DNA of 30,541 nt, from IMG/VR virus record IMGVR_UViG_3300035187_000563. The stretch is one strand, 5' to 3'. The translations under genes and the position numbers were made by a program. Under the pieces are notes generated by a model. That model made no database searches. It was not told where the DNA came from and worked only from the letters and a program-made list of their open reading frames with translations. Shown here in pieces: positions 30,015 to 30,541 of the stretch. Source of the stretch: a virus. Numbering within the stretch: the first letter of the stretch is position 1; each line of letters begins with the position of its first letter.

Positions 30015-30541
30015 ATGAGTATGAACGCAGAAACAATTTTGGATCGCATTATGGTAAAACTCGGCATGGCCGAAGAACCAAAGGCGGTTGAATTGGCACA
30101 AGTAAAAACCGAAGATGGCCAAGCCATTTTTGAAGCCGATACCTTCGCAGTTGGTGAAGCGGTTTTTATTGTAACCGAGGATGGAAAAATCGCCGCACCC
30201 GCTGGTGAATTCGCATTGGAAGATGGTAACATCATTGAAGTTGACGAAAACGGAACAATCGTTGAAATCAGCAAAAAAGAAGCCGAGATTGAAGAAGAAG
30301 AAATCGTTGAGGAAGTTGAAGCCCAAAACGATATCATGAAAGACGAAATCAAGGAAGAAATGATGAAGCCAAAACGCACCGTGAAAAGCAAAACCGAAAT
30401 GGAAGAATCTTATTTCAGTAAGCAAATCAGCGAATTGGAAGCCAAATTTGAAGCCCGTTTGAGTGCATTGGAAGCCGAAAAGGTTGCATTGTCTGCACAG
30501 AACGAGGAACTATTGGAAAAATTGGCCACCGAACCCGCCCC
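30015..30541 (+). CDS. Scaffolding-like protein, 5' portion. It runs off the window end and continues at 128..242 after the repeat.
   Basis: Hand translation from ATG 30015 gives MSMNAETILDRIMVKLG..., then an acidic stretch (EAEIEEEEIVEEVEAQ), then a coiled coil. There is no stop before the window end. The frame is continuous with 21..242. Confidence 0.65.
   Translation, partial: MSMNAETILDRIMVKLGMAEEPKAVELAQVKTEDGQAIFEADTFAVGEAVFIVTEDGKIAAPAGEFALEDGNIIEVDENGTIVEISKKEAEIEEEEIVEEVEAQNDIMKDEIKEEMMKPKRTVKSKTEMEESYFSKQISELEAKFEARLSALEAEKVALSAQNEELLEKLATEPA
30415..30541. repeat. Terminal direct repeat, copy 2 (identical to 1..127)
   Basis: Exact 127/127 match on direct comparison. Confidence 0.95.

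Noticed and set aside
1-30541. Search for a lysogeny module (integrase, CI-type repressor, att sites), tRNA/tmRNA genes, CRISPR arrays, and transposase or IS elements.
   Set aside because: No ORF shows tyrosine- or serine-recombinase motifs, and there is no divergent repressor/cro pair. I saw no cloverleaf-compatible ~75-nt segment in the few intergenic gaps, and no regularly spaced repeats. The phage appears to be integrase-less and probably virulent. Absence of evidence by eye is not proof.

Overview
The window is a complete, circularly closed tailed-phage (Caudoviricetes) genome. An exact 127-bp overlap joins 1..127 to 30415..30541, giving 30,414 bp of unique sequence. One gene, the scaffold-like ORF 30015..541 continuing at 1..242, runs across the junction.

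All credible genes (about 60) lie on the + strand and are tightly packed, with many ATGA/TAATG stop-start overlaps. They lack Shine-Dalgarno sequences and have A/T-rich leaders instead. Four near-identical promoter-like elements (TTTG/TTG, then 18-20 nt, then TAnnTT[C/T]G) at about 9.25, 11.37, 17.83 and 20.62 kb split the genome into four transcription units. Together these features point to a Bacteroidota (Flavobacteriia-like) host; this is an inference.

Modules:
- **Virion genes (20.6 kb, through the junction, to 7.5 kb):** tail/baseplate proteins, a tape-measure-like protein, an XkdF-type prohead protease, scaffold, major capsid, a tube-like protein, a portal-MuF fusion, an adaptor and a tail fibre. 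The gene order is non-canonical.
- **Lysis cassette (7.6-9.2 kb):** membrane coiled-coil proteins, a holin and an Amidase_2 endolysin.
- **Early/replication unit (9.3-17.8 kb):** a Cro-like HTH protein, an SSB-like protein ending in DDLPF, a DUF1376-type replisome organiser, four tandem small paralogs, a VRR-NUC nuclease, an ECF-like sigma factor, an HNH endonuclease, and the DNA-modification cassette described below.
- **Packaging unit (17.85-20.6 kb):** a TerS candidate, a GP88-like protein and TerL.

I found no integrase, repressor, tRNA, CRISPR array, DNA polymerase, helicase or primase.

The most interesting locus is 15730..17803. It holds three translationally coupled genes: a ParB-like protein, a GT-A-like glycosyltransferase, and a TET/JBP-family 2OG-Fe(II) dioxygenase with HRD...H...RNSLVFY motifs. 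No DNA methyltransferase is encoded anywhere in the closed genome. This suggests an uncharacterised DNA base hypermodification route.

All family assignments come from motif recognition by eye. No searches were run.
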